A stretch of 63,666 bases of DNA from Candidatus Bathyarchaeota archaeon. GTDB taxonomy: Archaea > Thermoproteota > Bathyarchaeia > Bathyarchaeales > Bathycorpusculaceae. The notes beneath the pieces were generated by a model. The model saw only the letters and a program-made list of their open reading frames with translations, did no database searches and had not been told where the DNA came from. Shown here one piece after another: positions 8,484 to 18,511 of the stretch (position 1 is the stretch's first letter; each line of letters starts with the position of its first letter). Location of the stretch: the NCBI GenBank assembly GCA_016927895.1, contig JAFGLT010000072.1, forward strand, positions 1-63,666, written 5' to 3'. The translations under genes and the position numbers were made by a program.

Positions 8484-9374
8484 ATGGGAAAAGAACTGCA
8501 GGTTTACATAGATGGAGTTTACTACCCAAAATCACAGGCTACCGTTTCAGTTTACGACCACGGTCTCCTGTATGGTGACGGTGTTTTCGAGGGAATACGT
8601 GCCTACAACGGAATAGTCTTCAAACTTGAAGAGCATATAAGCAGGCTTTATCGTTCTGCGCACGCATTAATATTGAAGATACCCTTAACAGAAGACGAGA
8701 TGACGCAGGCAGTGGTGGAAACCCTGCGGAAAAACAGCTTACGAGACGCCTACATCCGATTGGTAGTAACCCGAGGCGTAGGCGACCTTGGATTGGACCC
8801 GCGTAAGTGTCCCAAGCCATCAGTTATCATAATAACCGACACCATTTCCATAATGTCCAGTGAAGCTAAAGAAAAAGGTATTTCCACCGTTATCACATGG
8901 GTTAGACGACACCCTGTGGACACGACGACGCATGAGATAAAATCATTGAACTACCTTAACAGCGTATTAGCCAAGATGGAAGCCACCGCGTATGGCGCTG
9001 ACGAAGCCATAGGCCTAGACAAAACAGGTTTAATATCAGAGGGCGTGGGCGAAAACCTGTTCATAGTCAAGGAAAGTAAAGTCTTCACTCCACCAAGCAG
9101 CACCGGCGCGTTAGCAGGCATCACAGCCAAGCTTGCGATAGAATTTGCCAAAAACTTGGGATATGACGTCGCTGAAGCCAATATAACGCCTTTCCAGCTG
9201 TTTACCGCCGACGAAGTGTTTTTCACTGGAACAGCCGCGGAAGTTGTGCCCATCAGGGAAGTAAACAAGCGGCAAATAGGCAATGGTAAACCCGGGCCTG
9301 TCACAAAGAAGTTAATGGCGGCTTTCGAAAAGGCAACTGCTGACCCCGCGTTCGGGGTGTCAATCTACCCGTAA
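8484..9374 (+). CDS. ilvE: Branched-chain amino acid aminotransferase (PLP fold type IV)
   Basis: YGDGVFEGIRAYNG, EIKSLNYLNSVLAK and GITAK are typical IlvE motifs. Confidence 0.9.
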   Translation: MGKELQVYIDGVYYPKSQATVSVYDHGLLYGDGVFEGIRAYNGIVFKLEEHISRLYRSAHALILKIPLTEDEMTQAVVETLRKNSLRDAYIRLVVTRGVGDLGLDPRKCPKPSVIIITDTISIMSSEAKEKGISTVITWVRRHPVDTTTHEIKSLNYLNSVLAKMEATAYGADEAIGLDKTGLISEGVGENLFIVKESKVFTPPSSTGALAGITAKLAIEFAKNLGYDVAEANITPFQLFTADEVFFTGTAAEVVPIREVNKRQIGNGKPGPVTKKLMAAFEKATADPAFGVSIYP

Positions 9375-9401
9375 AGTCTAGGCGTAAAGCCGTCTTCGCG
9401 T

Positions 9402-10604
9402 CTACTTCTTTTTCATGAAACGCTCTAGTTCGTTGAATGCTTGTTCCAACGTTTCTATCGGCGGAAGGAACACTCCTCTGACGTGTCCGGCGCCGTAAAT
9501 GGGGTCGAATCCTGAACCATGCACCAAAAGCACCCCTGTTTCTTTCAGAAGTTCCACAGCGAACTCCATGTCTGTCTTCCACTTTGATTTTATATCGTTG
9601 ATTTTGGGGAAAACGTAGAACGCGCCTTCAGGTTTTGCGCAGCTTACCCCTTCAATTTCGTTTAGTCTCTTCCACGCGTAATCTCTCCTAACCCTCAGTT
9701 TCTCCACTAAGGCTTTCACGTGGTCTTGTGGGCCTCTCAGTGCAGCTATCCCCGCCATCTGGATTGGGGTGCTGGCGCAGATTCTTATGCGCTGCTCCTT
9801 TTCTACGGTTTTCTGCAACTCCTGCAGTTCGCTTTTTGGCTCGTGGAAGTACATGTATCCCAGTCTCCACCCAGTCATCAGGTACACTTTGGAGAATCCG
9901 TTTAATCCCACTACGGGCAAGTCTTTGGCTAAATGGGCTGTGCTGGCGTAGTCTCCAACGTATCTTATTTGGTCGTAAATTTCATCTGATAGAACAAGTA
10001 AGTCGTGTTCTCCTGCTACGTCCAGCATTTGTTTGACCATTTTCCTTCTGTAAAGTGCGCCTGAGGGATTGTTTGGGTTGATTATTACGATGGCGCGTGT
10101 TTTTTCTGTGATTTTGCCTCTTAAGTCGTCAATGTTCGGCTGCCAGTTTTCTTCTTCAACGGTTTCGTACGTGATTGCGGTTCCATTGTACGCCTTAGTG
10201 TAAGATATGTATGGTGAATAGGCGGGTCCTGGAACAAGGATTTCGTCTCCCTTTTCTATTAGCGCGGCTATCAACATTTGGATGCCTTCGGAGACGCCGG
10301 AGGTGATTAACACGTTTTCCGCCGGTACGTCAACATCGTTGACTCGTTTTTCTTTTTCAGCTATGGCTTGTCTTAGTTCCGGGACGCCTTCTGAGGGTGA
10401 GTAAAAGTTTTCTCCAGATTGAACTGCATTAACCAGTGCTTGCTTAATGTGTTCGGGTGTAGGAAAGTCAAAGGCTACAGGGTCTCCTATGTTTAGGTAA
10501 AAAATCTTTTTTCCCGTTTTCGTAATTGGGCCTGCGTTGACTATGACGTCGCGTATGGCATACTCAATAGCCTTCGCTCGTTCAGCAACTTTTACTTTCA
10601 CCAC
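9402..10604 (-). CDS. Class I/II aminotransferase (alanine/aspartate aminotransferase-like)
   Basis: YSPSEG, NPNNPSG and the PLP-lysine context GFSKVYLMTGWRLGY support the call. Confidence 0.85.
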   Translation of the reverse strand: MVKVKVAERAKAIEYAIRDVIVNAGPITKTGKKIFYLNIGDPVAFDFPTPEHIKQALVNAVQSGENFYSPSEGVPELRQAIAEKEKRVNDVDVPAENVLITSGVSEGIQMLIAALIEKGDEILVPGPAYSPYISYTKAYNGTAITYETVEEENWQPNIDDLRGKITEKTRAIVIINPNNPSGALYRRKMVKQMLDVAGEHDLLVLSDEIYDQIRYVGDYASTAHLAKDLPVVGLNGFSKVYLMTGWRLGYMYFHEPKSELQELQKTVEKEQRIRICASTPIQMAGIAALRGPQDHVKALVEKLRVRRDYAWKRLNEIEGVSCAKPEGAFYVFPKINDIKSKWKTDMEFAVELLKETGVLLVHGSGFDPIYGAGHVRGVFLPPIETLEQAFNELERFMKKK

Positions 10605-10794
10605 TGTAAAGCCTCTGTGTTAATGCACAGTTGCGCAGTTCAAAGACATAAATCTTGCTAAGAATTGATACATTATAGCTAAAATTATGTGACTAATGCG
10701 TCTTTCAGTGAATCTTGAATCGTAATTGTTCAGTAACCTTTTAGTTCCACGATGCTATAAGAATATGTATACGTGTAAGGTCTGGTGAACATGA

Positions 10795-12627
10795 GTGTTT
10801 GGTTGGACTGGTAACTTTCTTAAAGTTGATTTAACCCGTAACAAGGCAGTTGCAGAACCGTACGACTCACTATTAGCTTTAAGTTACATCGGCGGCAGAG
10901 GCTTCGCAGCAAAAATCCTCTGGGATCAGCTATCTCCCGGCATTAATCCTTTATCACCTGAAAACAAACTTGTTTTTGCTGCTGGACCCTTAACCGGGTT
11001 AGGTGTGCCGAACAGTGGAAAATTAGTTGTAGCCGCCAAGAGCCCTCTGACAGGTGGATACGGCGACGGTAACTTGGGGACTTCTGCTGGAATTCAAATG
11101 CGCCAAGCTGGTTACGACGCCGTCATCATAGAGGGCAAAGCGGAAACGCCTGTTGTTCTCCACATTAAAAACAAGGTCGCTGAGTTTATAGACGCTGCAG
11201 ACTTCTGGGGTTTAACCACGTTTGACACTGAAGCTCACTTAAAAGCCATATACGGGAGTAGTGCAGGCGTAGTCTCTATTGGCCCAGCAGGCGAGAACCT
11301 CGTAAAGTTCGCGATAGTTATTTCTCAAAATGGACGCGCTGGCGGAAGAGCCGGCATGGGAGCTGTAATGGGCTCCAAGAACTTGAAGGCTATAGTTTTC
11401 GAGGGCTACAATGATATCCCTGTTGCCTACCCACAGGACCTGAAGGAACTAAACGCCGCTGGTTACCGAGAAATCATGACAAAGCCCAGTTATGCTTTTT
11501 GGAAGAAACAGGGAACAATGTCTACGGTAGAGTGGTGCCAAGAAAACAGTACGCTGCCCACCTTCAATTTCAGTGAAGGCGTTTTCGAAAAAGCCGACAA
11601 GATCGGCGGGTTTGCCATGGAAAAAATCAAAGTCGGCAACCGCGGCTGCCCAAACTGTAACATGACGTGCGGTAACGTGGTTAAAGACTCTAACAGGGGT
11701 GAATCTGAAATTGACTACGAAAACGTTACAATGTTGGGTTCAAACATTGGACTGGGCAATCTGAGGCAAGTTGCGGCTTTAAACCGTCTCGCAGATGAAC
11801 TTGGTTTAGACACAATTTCGCTTGGTAACGTGATAGGCTTCGCTATAGAAACCTCAGAGAAAAGGCGAATTACTGAAAAGCTCGATTGGGGAAAATACAC
11901 CGAAACTAGGGACCTGATTAAAGACATAGCTTACAGGCAAGGGTTCGGAAGCCTTCTCGCTGAAGGTGTAAGAACTGCTGCAGCTAAAATAGGTCACGGA
12001 TCACCCGAATGGGCTATGCACATTAAGGGTTTGGAAGTTTCTGCTTACGACTGCCATGCTGCACCTGCTATGGCGTTGGCTTATGCTACAAGCTCGGTTG
12101 GTGCCCACCACAAGGAAGCGTGGATTATCGCCTGGGAAGTCAAGTTTGGACGCAAAGGCTACACTGAAGAGAAAATTAACAAAATCATAGAGATGCAGCG
12201 CATTCGCGGTGGCATTTTCGAATTTCTCTCCATCTGCCGCTTCCCCAATACTTCACTTGGTTTCGAACTTGAATGGTACACAAAGTACCTTCTGGCAGCA
12301 ACAGGCAAGGAAATGCCTTTTAACGCATTAATGTACGCTGCTGATAAAACATTGAACTTGATTCGTGCCTTTTGGATACGCGAGTACGGAAACAACTGGA
12401 CAAGGGAAATGGAGCTTCCACCTATGAAGTGGTTTAAGGCGCCTCTAACCGAGGGACCGTTGAAAGGTGCCATGCTTGATTTTGTGAAATTCGATGGGAT
12501 GCTGAAGACGTATTACGGGAAGAGAGGCTGGGACGAAAGAGGCATACCTAAGAGGTCAACGCTGCAAAAACTCAGTTTGCCTGACGTAGCTAAGCAACTT
12601 GAAAAATACGTGACGCTGTCCGATTAG
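10795..12627 (+). CDS. aor: Tungsten-containing aldehyde:ferredoxin oxidoreductase
   Basis: N-terminal FGWTGNFLKVDLT, the Cys motif CPNCNMTC and a length near 610 aa fit the family. GTG start 7 nt after GGTGA. Confidence 0.9.
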   Translation: MFGWTGNFLKVDLTRNKAVAEPYDSLLALSYIGGRGFAAKILWDQLSPGINPLSPENKLVFAAGPLTGLGVPNSGKLVVAAKSPLTGGYGDGNLGTSAGIQMRQAGYDAVIIEGKAETPVVLHIKNKVAEFIDAADFWGLTTFDTEAHLKAIYGSSAGVVSIGPAGENLVKFAIVISQNGRAGGRAGMGAVMGSKNLKAIVFEGYNDIPVAYPQDLKELNAAGYREIMTKPSYAFWKKQGTMSTVEWCQENSTLPTFNFSEGVFEKADKIGGFAMEKIKVGNRGCPNCNMTCGNVVKDSNRGESEIDYENVTMLGSNIGLGNLRQVAALNRLADELGLDTISLGNVIGFAIETSEKRRITEKLDWGKYTETRDLIKDIAYRQGFGSLLAEGVRTAAAKIGHGSPEWAMHIKGLEVSAYDCHAAPAMALAYATSSVGAHHKEAWIIAWEVKFGRKGYTEEKINKIIEMQRIRGGIFEFLSICRFPNTSLGFELEWYTKYLLAATGKEMPFNALMYAADKTLNLIRAFWIREYGNNWTREMELPPMKWFKAPLTEGPLKGAMLDFVKFDGMLKTYYGKRGWDERGIPKRSTLQKLSLPDVAKQLEKYVTLSD

Positions 12628-12638
12628 ACATCACGCGT

Positions 12639-14081
12639 TTAGTATGATTTGGCGAAGTACACCATTTCGCCGTTTTTCTCTCCACAGTAAACACAGTTGC
12701 CTACTGCTTTCTCTTTTTCGAAAGGTTTCAGCCTGATTGTTGCTCCGGTTTCTTCTTTGATTTTTTCTTCGCATTTCGCGTTGCCGCACCACGCCGTTTT
12801 GATGAATCCGCCTTTGTTTTTAAGCGCTTTCTGGAACTCGTCGTAGTTCTGTGCAGTCGTTGTTTTTTCTTCTAACACTGTTTTAGCTTTATCGTAAAGG
12901 TTGTTTTGGATTTCTTCAAGAAGATTTTCAGTGGCTTGTACAGCCTCGGTCATTTTGGCAGTGGTTTTCTGGTAGGTGTCGCGTCTCGCCAAGGTTACCT
13001 GTTCCTTTTTGAGGTCTCGAGGACCAATCTCTATCCGAACGGGCACGCCTTTCAGTTCCCATTCGTTGAATTTCCATCCAGGTGTGTACTCTGTGCGGTC
13101 GTCTAAGATGGTTTCAATGCCTTTCGCTTTGAGTTTTTCCAGAATTTCTTTGGCCTTCGTCAGTATTGCCTCGGAGTCCACGGCTTTGTAGGTTATGGGA
13201 ACTATGACTACTTGGACTGGAGCGACTTTAGGCGGCATAACTAATCCCCTGTCGTCTCCGTGAACCATGACCAACGCGCCTATCAGCCGGGTGGATATGC
13301 CCCATGAAGTTTGCCAAACTTTGTGTTCCTTTTCGTCTTCTCCGATGAATTTGATGTCAAAAACTTGGGCGAAGTTTTGGCCAAGGTTGTGGCTTGTTCC
13401 CATCTGCAGCGCTTTCCCGTCGGGCATAATAGCCTCCAACGTTGTTGTGTAGAGGGCTCCAGCGAACTTTTCGCTGTCAGTTTTCACTCCTACAAGAACT
13501 GGAATAGCTAAGTAGTTCTCCATAACATCCCTGTACTCGCCGAGGATGTCCATGACTTCTTTTTCGGCTTCCTGGCTTGTCACATGAGCAGTGTGCCCTT
13601 CCTGCCACAGAAACTCTCTGGTTCTCAGAAACGGTTTAGTGGCTTTGGTTTCCCACCTAACGATATTGCACCACTGGTTGATTTTGATGGGCAAGTCACG
13701 CCAACTTCTAATCCACTTCGCGAAAGTAGCATAAATAATCGTCTCGGACGTTGGCCTGATCGCAAGTTTCTCCTCCAGTTTGGTGCTTCCGCCTTCTGTT
13801 ACCCAAGCAACCTCTGGAACAAACCCCTCAAAATGCTCCGCCTCTTTTTTCAGAAAACTTTCAGGGATAAACATGGGGAAATACACGTTTCTGTGACCAG
13901 TTTCCTTTATCTTCCGGTTGAAAACTTCCTGAATTTTCTCCCATACAGCATAAGACTGCTCTCTGAGAATCATACACCCTTTAATCGGAGCGTACTCTGC
14001 CATTCCAGACTTCATAACAACCTCAGTATACCACTCTGAGAAGTTGTCACTTTTCTTCACTGTTACTCCAATGTCCGACAT
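12639..14081 (-). CDS. proS: Prolyl-tRNA synthetase (archaeal/eukaryal type)
   Basis: Class II ProRS motifs and the C-terminal Zn-binding domain ending YFAKSY are present. The ATG at 14081 is preceded by AAGGAGAGG. The in-frame extension to 14195 lies inside repeat copy A and looks non-native. Confidence 0.9.
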   Translation of the reverse strand: MSDIGVTVKKSDNFSEWYTEVVMKSGMAEYAPIKGCMILREQSYAVWEKIQEVFNRKIKETGHRNVYFPMFIPESFLKKEAEHFEGFVPEVAWVTEGGSTKLEEKLAIRPTSETIIYATFAKWIRSWRDLPIKINQWCNIVRWETKATKPFLRTREFLWQEGHTAHVTSQEAEKEVMDILGEYRDVMENYLAIPVLVGVKTDSEKFAGALYTTTLEAIMPDGKALQMGTSHNLGQNFAQVFDIKFIGEDEKEHKVWQTSWGISTRLIGALVMVHGDDRGLVMPPKVAPVQVVIVPITYKAVDSEAILTKAKEILEKLKAKGIETILDDRTEYTPGWKFNEWELKGVPVRIEIGPRDLKKEQVTLARRDTYQKTTAKMTEAVQATENLLEEIQNNLYDKAKTVLEEKTTTAQNYDEFQKALKNKGGFIKTAWCGNAKCEEKIKEETGATIRLKPFEKEKAVGNCVYCGEKNGEMVYFAKSY

Positions 14082-14192
14082 AGCTTTCCTCTCCTTCTGT
14101 TTCACGCTGGCTAAATATAACCATAACGCAGAACCTGAGCCACCAAAATCTAAAAATAACGCTAATAACGCGGAGTGCAAGGAACATCCCCT

Positions 14193-14249
14193 CATATTTA
14201 GAGCCTATTAGGATCCTAATATCAGTTGTATGCAGAAAACGAGGATGGG
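14193..14249 (+). repeat. Dispersed intergenic element, copy A
   Basis: CATATTTAGAGCCTATTAGGATCCTAATATCAGTTGTATGCAGAAAACGAGGATGGG. It is 53/57 identical to the reverse complement of 24307-24363 and contains the perfect 16-bp palindrome TATTAGGATCCTAATA. Confidence 0.85.
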
Positions 14250-14321
14250 TATCTCTGTAGAGCGATTTGGTTGGGATCTTGATCATAAATGAAGTATCAT
14301 GAGTCTTTTTGGATACGCTTT

Positions 14322-14335
14322 AAAGTTTATATAGG
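14322..14335 (+). promoter_or_regulatory. Putative BRE/TATA of cdc48
   Basis: AAAGTTTATATAGG lies about 50 nt upstream of the TTG start. The SD AGGAGGA sits at 14370-14376. Confidence 0.5.
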
Positions 14336-14383
14336 AATAAAACTTTGTTTCAACACGCTCAAAGTGATTTAGGAGGATTCTAG

Positions 14384-16588
14384 TTGAGTGAAATTCAGTT
14401 ACGTGTAGGGGATGCACGCCAGAGAGATGTTGGGCGGGGCATCGCTCGTATAGACCAGCGGACAATGCAGAAGTTAGGCATAAGCGCTGGTGATGTTATA
14501 GAGATAATTAACAAGCGAACAACCAGTGCTATAGCGTGGCCAGCTTACAGTGAAGACCAAAACAGGGACATCATACGGATTGATGGTTTTACCCGTAAAA
14601 ATGCGGGTGCTGCCATAAACGAGTACGTAGTAATTAAACCCGCTAAAGTTAAAACCGCGCTGGCCATAACGCTTGCGCCAGTAGACATGCGGCTGAACGT
14701 TGACGAGGACTTCACCAACTTCGTCAGGAACAGGCTCATGGAACGCACGCTCGTGGAAGGCGACACAACCTTGGTAATGATGCTTGGGCACGCCATACCT
14801 TTCACTGTTACGAAAACTCGTCCCCACGGAATAATAAAAGTCACAGCTGAAACAAGGCTCACTATCCTAAACGAGCCTGCGCCAGAGACCAAGGGGCTGC
14901 CGAGAACAACATACGAAGACATCGGCGGACTGCACGAGGAGATTCAGCGTGTTAGAGAAATGGTAGAACTGCCCCTTAGACACCCAGAGCTGTTCCAAAG
15001 GCTTGGAATAGAACCGCCAAAAGGCGTTTTGCTCCACGGTCCACCAGGCTGCGGCAAGACCCTGCTGGCTCGTGCAGTAGCAAACGAGTCAGAGGCGAAC
15101 TTTTACTCGATAAACGGTCCGGAAATCATGAGTAAATTCTATGGAGAATCCGAAGCGAGACTCCGCGAGATATTCCAGCAAGCTCAACAGAACGCTCCAA
15201 GTATAATCTTCGTTGACGAGTTAGACGCTATAGCTCCTAAACGTGAAGAGGTTACAGGCGAAGTTGAAAGAAGAGTTGTCGCTCAACTGCTTGCGTTAAT
15301 GGATGGCTTATCTGGAAGAGGTAACGTCATAGTTATCGGTGCAACTAACCGCCCAGGCGCACTTGATCCAGCACTGCGTAGACCCGGAAGGTTCGACAGG
15401 GAAATCGAGATAGGTGTTCCAGACAAGCAGGGAAGACACGAAGTTCTTCAAATTCACACCCGTGGTATGCCTCTCCACGGCATCGAAAAACCTGAAGGAG
15501 AGAAATCAGGCGACGATGTTGACCTCAAAAAACTTGCGGAAATGACACACGGGTACACAGGCGCAGACCTATCTGCCCTCGGCAGGGAAACCGCCATGAA
15601 AGCGCTCCGCAGGTATCTGCCCCAGATAAATCTGGAAGAGGAACGCATACCGCCTGAAGTGCTTGAAAAAATGGAAGTTAAAATGGATGACTTCGTTAAC
15701 GCTTACAAGGAAGTCACGCCGACAGCCATGCGGGAAGTTTACATTGAAATCGCCTCTGTCAACTGGAGCGAAATCGGAGGACTAAACGAAGTCAAACAGC
15801 ACCTGAAGGAAGCTGTCGAGTGGCCGCTGAAAAACCCTGAAATCTTCAGCAGGCTTGGAATAAAACCGCCAAAAGGCATACTGCTTTATGGACCACCCGG
15901 ATGCGGAAAAACCATGTTAGCCCGTGCAGTGGCAACCGAAAGCGAAGCTAACTTCATATCCATCAAGGGCCCCGAAGTTTTCTCCAAGTGGGTTGGAGAA
16001 TCCGAGAAAGCCATAAGAGAAGTCTTCAGGAAAGCTCGGATGGCCGCGCCCGCAGTGATATTCCTAGACGAAATGGATTCGCTTGCACCGCGTCGCGGTT
16101 TAGGTTTCTCTGACAGTGGCGTATCAGAACGTGTCATAAGCCAGTTGCTCACGGAAATGGACGGTATCGTAACGTTACAGGACATTGTAGTCATCGCCGC
16201 CACCAACAGGCCAGACATGGTGGACTCAGCAGTTCTGAGACCTGGAAGATTCGACAGGTTGATTTACGTGCCAGAACCAGATGAACAAAGCAGGCTTCAA
16301 ATATTCAAAATCTACACAAAAGGTATGCCTTTAACCAAAGACGTGGACTTGAACCAGCTTGCCTTAATGACTAAGTATTATTCAGGCGCGGACATTGAAT
16401 CGCTTTGCAGGGAAGCCGCTATGCACGCGTTGAGAAGCGATGTTGAAGCTAAGGAAGTTACGATGAAAGATTTCCAGGACGCCGTGAAAGAGGTCGGGCC
16501 ATCAGTCACTCCTGAAATGGAAAAATGGTACAAGAGCTTCATGCGGCAGATTCGTCAGGTACAAAAACCGGCAACGCCTGTTGCTTAG
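14384..16588 (+). CDS. cdc48: CDC48/VCP-like AAA+ ATPase (double AAA domains)
   Basis: An N-domain ([24 protein letters not shown]) is followed by two Walker A motifs GPPGCGKT and two DE Walker B regions. Confidence 0.95.
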   Translation: MSEIQLRVGDARQRDVGRGIARIDQRTMQKLGISAGDVIEIINKRTTSAIAWPAYSEDQNRDIIRIDGFTRKNAGAAINEYVVIKPAKVKTALAITLAPVDMRLNVDEDFTNFVRNRLMERTLVEGDTTLVMMLGHAIPFTVTKTRPHGIIKVTAETRLTILNEPAPETKGLPRTTYEDIGGLHEEIQRVREMVELPLRHPELFQRLGIEPPKGVLLHGPPGCGKTLLARAVANESEANFYSINGPEIMSKFYGESEARLREIFQQAQQNAPSIIFVDELDAIAPKREEVTGEVERRVVAQLLALMDGLSGRGNVIVIGATNRPGALDPALRRPGRFDREIEIGVPDKQGRHEVLQIHTRGMPLHGIEKPEGEKSGDDVDLKKLAEMTHGYTGADLSALGRETAMKALRRYLPQINLEEERIPPEVLEKMEVKMDDFVNAYKEVTPTAMREVYIEIASVNWSEIGGLNEVKQHLKEAVEWPLKNPEIFSRLGIKPPKGILLYGPPGCGKTMLARAVATESEANFISIKGPEVFSKWVGESEKAIREVFRKARMAAPAVIFLDEMDSLAPRRGLGFSDSGVSERVISQLLTEMDGIVTLQDIVVIAATNRPDMVDSAVLRPGRFDRLIYVPEPDEQSRLQIFKIYTKGMPLTKDVDLNQLALMTKYYSGADIESLCREAAMHALRSDVEAKEVTMKDFQDAVKEVGPSVTPEMEKWYKSFMRQIRQVQKPATPVA

Positions 16589-16832
16589 GAAGCGAATGTG
16601 TATGCCAACAGTTAAAATTTGGAAAACCCGTCCGGCCTACTTCGTTGTACTGGAGATCTTGGAGAAGAAAGGCGACATGGTTGACGATGACCTATTTAGC
16701 CAGTTGAAAGATGAGTTTGAAGATTTAGGGTACAAAGACTTCAACAACGTCCTGCTGCGGCTGGAAATCAGCGGAAAAATCCGCACTACTTCCATGTCCC
16801 GCGGAAAACGACGCGTCGAGCTTATACAGTAA
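16581..16832 (+). CDS. Small hypothetical protein (possible winged-helix)
   Basis: 83-aa ORF overlapping the cdc48 stop. The likely start is the MPTVKIW Met at 16602. No family recognised. Confidence 0.35.
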   Translation: MLRKRMCMPTVKIWKTRPAYFVVLEILEKKGDMVDDDLFSQLKDEFEDLGYKDFNNVLLRLEISGKIRTTSMSRGKRRVELIQ

Positions 16833-16844
16833 ACCTACGTTACT

Positions 16845-18086
16845 ATGCTCAGTGTGCAGTTAATGAAAGACGTGGCAGACGTCATCGTCGTCGGAGGCGG
16901 CCCTGTCGGCTCCTTCACAGCTCTGAAACTATCTAAACTAGGCGCCGCAGTCACAGTTTTTGAAGAGCACAAAACAATCGGCAGCCCATCGCACTGCGCA
17001 GGACACTTGAGCATACGAAGCCTGAGAAAACTAGGGTTATACCCGCTTCCCGGCAAAATCGTTGAAAACACGTATTCCCAAGCTAACTTCTATGCGCCCT
17101 CAGGCTTCAAGTTCCCAGTAACCCTTGCCAAGCCAGTCACCTGCTCCGTTAACCGCGAAGCATTCGACAAGTACCTTGCGGACAAAGCCGAACATGCAGG
17201 AGCACACTACCACCTGAACTCTCGGGTTCAGTCACTATTAATAGAAAACGGCACCGTTAAAGGCGTGACAATCAAACAAGGAGACAAAACAGAAAGAGTT
17301 GCAGCGAAGATTGTGGTTGACGCAGAAGGCATCTCCTCCCGGCTTTTGAGGCAGACGGGTTTAGCGGGGCTTAACGGTGAACGTCTTGTTTACGCGGTGG
17401 AAGCGGAAGGAGAAAACGTCAAGGATGTGGCGTTGGATGCGGTTGAAGTTTTCACGGGAGAAGCTTATGCGCCGGGCTTTTACGCGTGGCTTATGCCGAG
17501 GCTTGACGGAACCGCTAAGCTGGGGCTTGCAACGAAGGCTGGTAACCCCCGAGAGTTTCTGCAGAGGCTCATGCGTAAGCATCCGGTAGCTTCGAAACAG
17601 ATTGGCAACGCGAAAATCACGCGCATGGCGTTTCACCCCATAACCTTGGGTGGTCCAATCGCTAAGGCTTACGCAAACGGTTTTATCGCTGTGGGCGACA
17701 CGGCGTCTCAGGTGAAGCCGACCACGGGCGGCGGAGTGGTTTTCGGTTTGACATGTGCTGGAATCGCGGCGGAAGTTGTCGACGAAGCAGTACAGAGAAA
17801 TGATGTGTCCGCGAGTTTCTTGCAGGTGTACCAGAAACGTTGCGTCGACAGGTTGAAGTTTGATTTCAGTGTTATGCTAAGAATTAGGCGGTTTCTTGAT
17901 TCTCTTTCTGACGAGAAGCTGGATGAGGTTTTGCGTTTCTGCTCGAGAATAGGTGTGAATAAGACTTTGGAGAACGTGGAAGAGATAGATTTTCAAGGGC
18001 AGCTGCTTCTTAAAGTAGTTACGAAGCCTGCCATGTTTGCGGCTTTGTGTTATTTCCTCAAGCTTTACTTGTCAGCAAACCCTTAA
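16845..18086 (+). CDS. Geranylgeranyl reductase-family FAD-dependent oxidoreductase
   Basis: DVIVVGGGPVGS dinucleotide-binding motif plus AVGDTASQVKPTTGGG. Confidence 0.85.
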   Translation: MLSVQLMKDVADVIVVGGGPVGSFTALKLSKLGAAVTVFEEHKTIGSPSHCAGHLSIRSLRKLGLYPLPGKIVENTYSQANFYAPSGFKFPVTLAKPVTCSVNREAFDKYLADKAEHAGAHYHLNSRVQSLLIENGTVKGVTIKQGDKTERVAAKIVVDAEGISSRLLRQTGLAGLNGERLVYAVEAEGENVKDVALDAVEVFTGEAYAPGFYAWLMPRLDGTAKLGLATKAGNPREFLQRLMRKHPVASKQIGNAKITRMAFHPITLGGPIAKAYANGFIAVGDTASQVKPTTGGGVVFGLTCAGIAAEVVDEAVQRNDVSASFLQVYQKRCVDRLKFDFSVMLRIRRFLDSLSDEKLDEVLRFCSRIGVNKTLENVEEIDFQGQLLLKVVTKPAMFAALCYFLKLYLSANP

Positions 18087-18131
18087 AATCTCAAGTGAAC
18101 AACCTGTTAGGAGACGGCGGGAAAATAGGAA

Positions 18132-18494
18132 ATGGGTGAATTCGAGTACAAGCAAGTTATCGTTTTTCGCAGTGATTTGAAGCTTAGTAAAGGAAAGATT
18201 GCTGCTCAAGCTGGGCACGCAGCGGTTTCTGCGGCGCAGGAAGCACATAACCGTCATAGAGGCTGGTGGGACTCGTGGCTGTTTGAAGGGCAGCGTAAGG
18301 TGGCGGTTAAGGTTAAGGATGAAAAAGAGCTTTTGGAGCTTGAAGAGCAGGCTAACGATTTGGGTTTGCCTAACGCGTTGATTGTTGACAGGGGGCTTAC
18401 GGAGGTTCCTCCGGGCACGGTTACTTGTTTGGGAATTGGTCCCGCTCCAGCGGAGAAAGTTGACAGGTTAACTGGCAAGCTTAAACTATTGTAA
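18132..18494 (+). CDS. pth2: Peptidyl-tRNA hydrolase, archaeal Pth2 type
   Basis: KQVIVFRSDLKLSKGKIAAQAGHAAV...TCLGIGP. Confidence 0.9.
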   Translation: MGEFEYKQVIVFRSDLKLSKGKIAAQAGHAAVSAAQEAHNRHRGWWDSWLFEGQRKVAVKVKDEKELLELEEQANDLGLPNALIVDRGLTEVPPGTVTCLGIGPAPAEKVDRLTGKLKLL

Positions 18495-18511
18495 TAAAAG
18501 GCGTATGGAAC

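Noticed and set aside
14082-14195. 38-codon N-terminal extension of proS (MRGCSLHSALLALFLDFGG...)
   Set aside because: A strong SD (AAGGAGAGG) precedes the internal ATG at 14081, which gives a family-typical N-terminus. The extension begins inside repeat copy A and is hydrophobic and non-native-looking. I keep it only as a possible uORF or in-frame leader.
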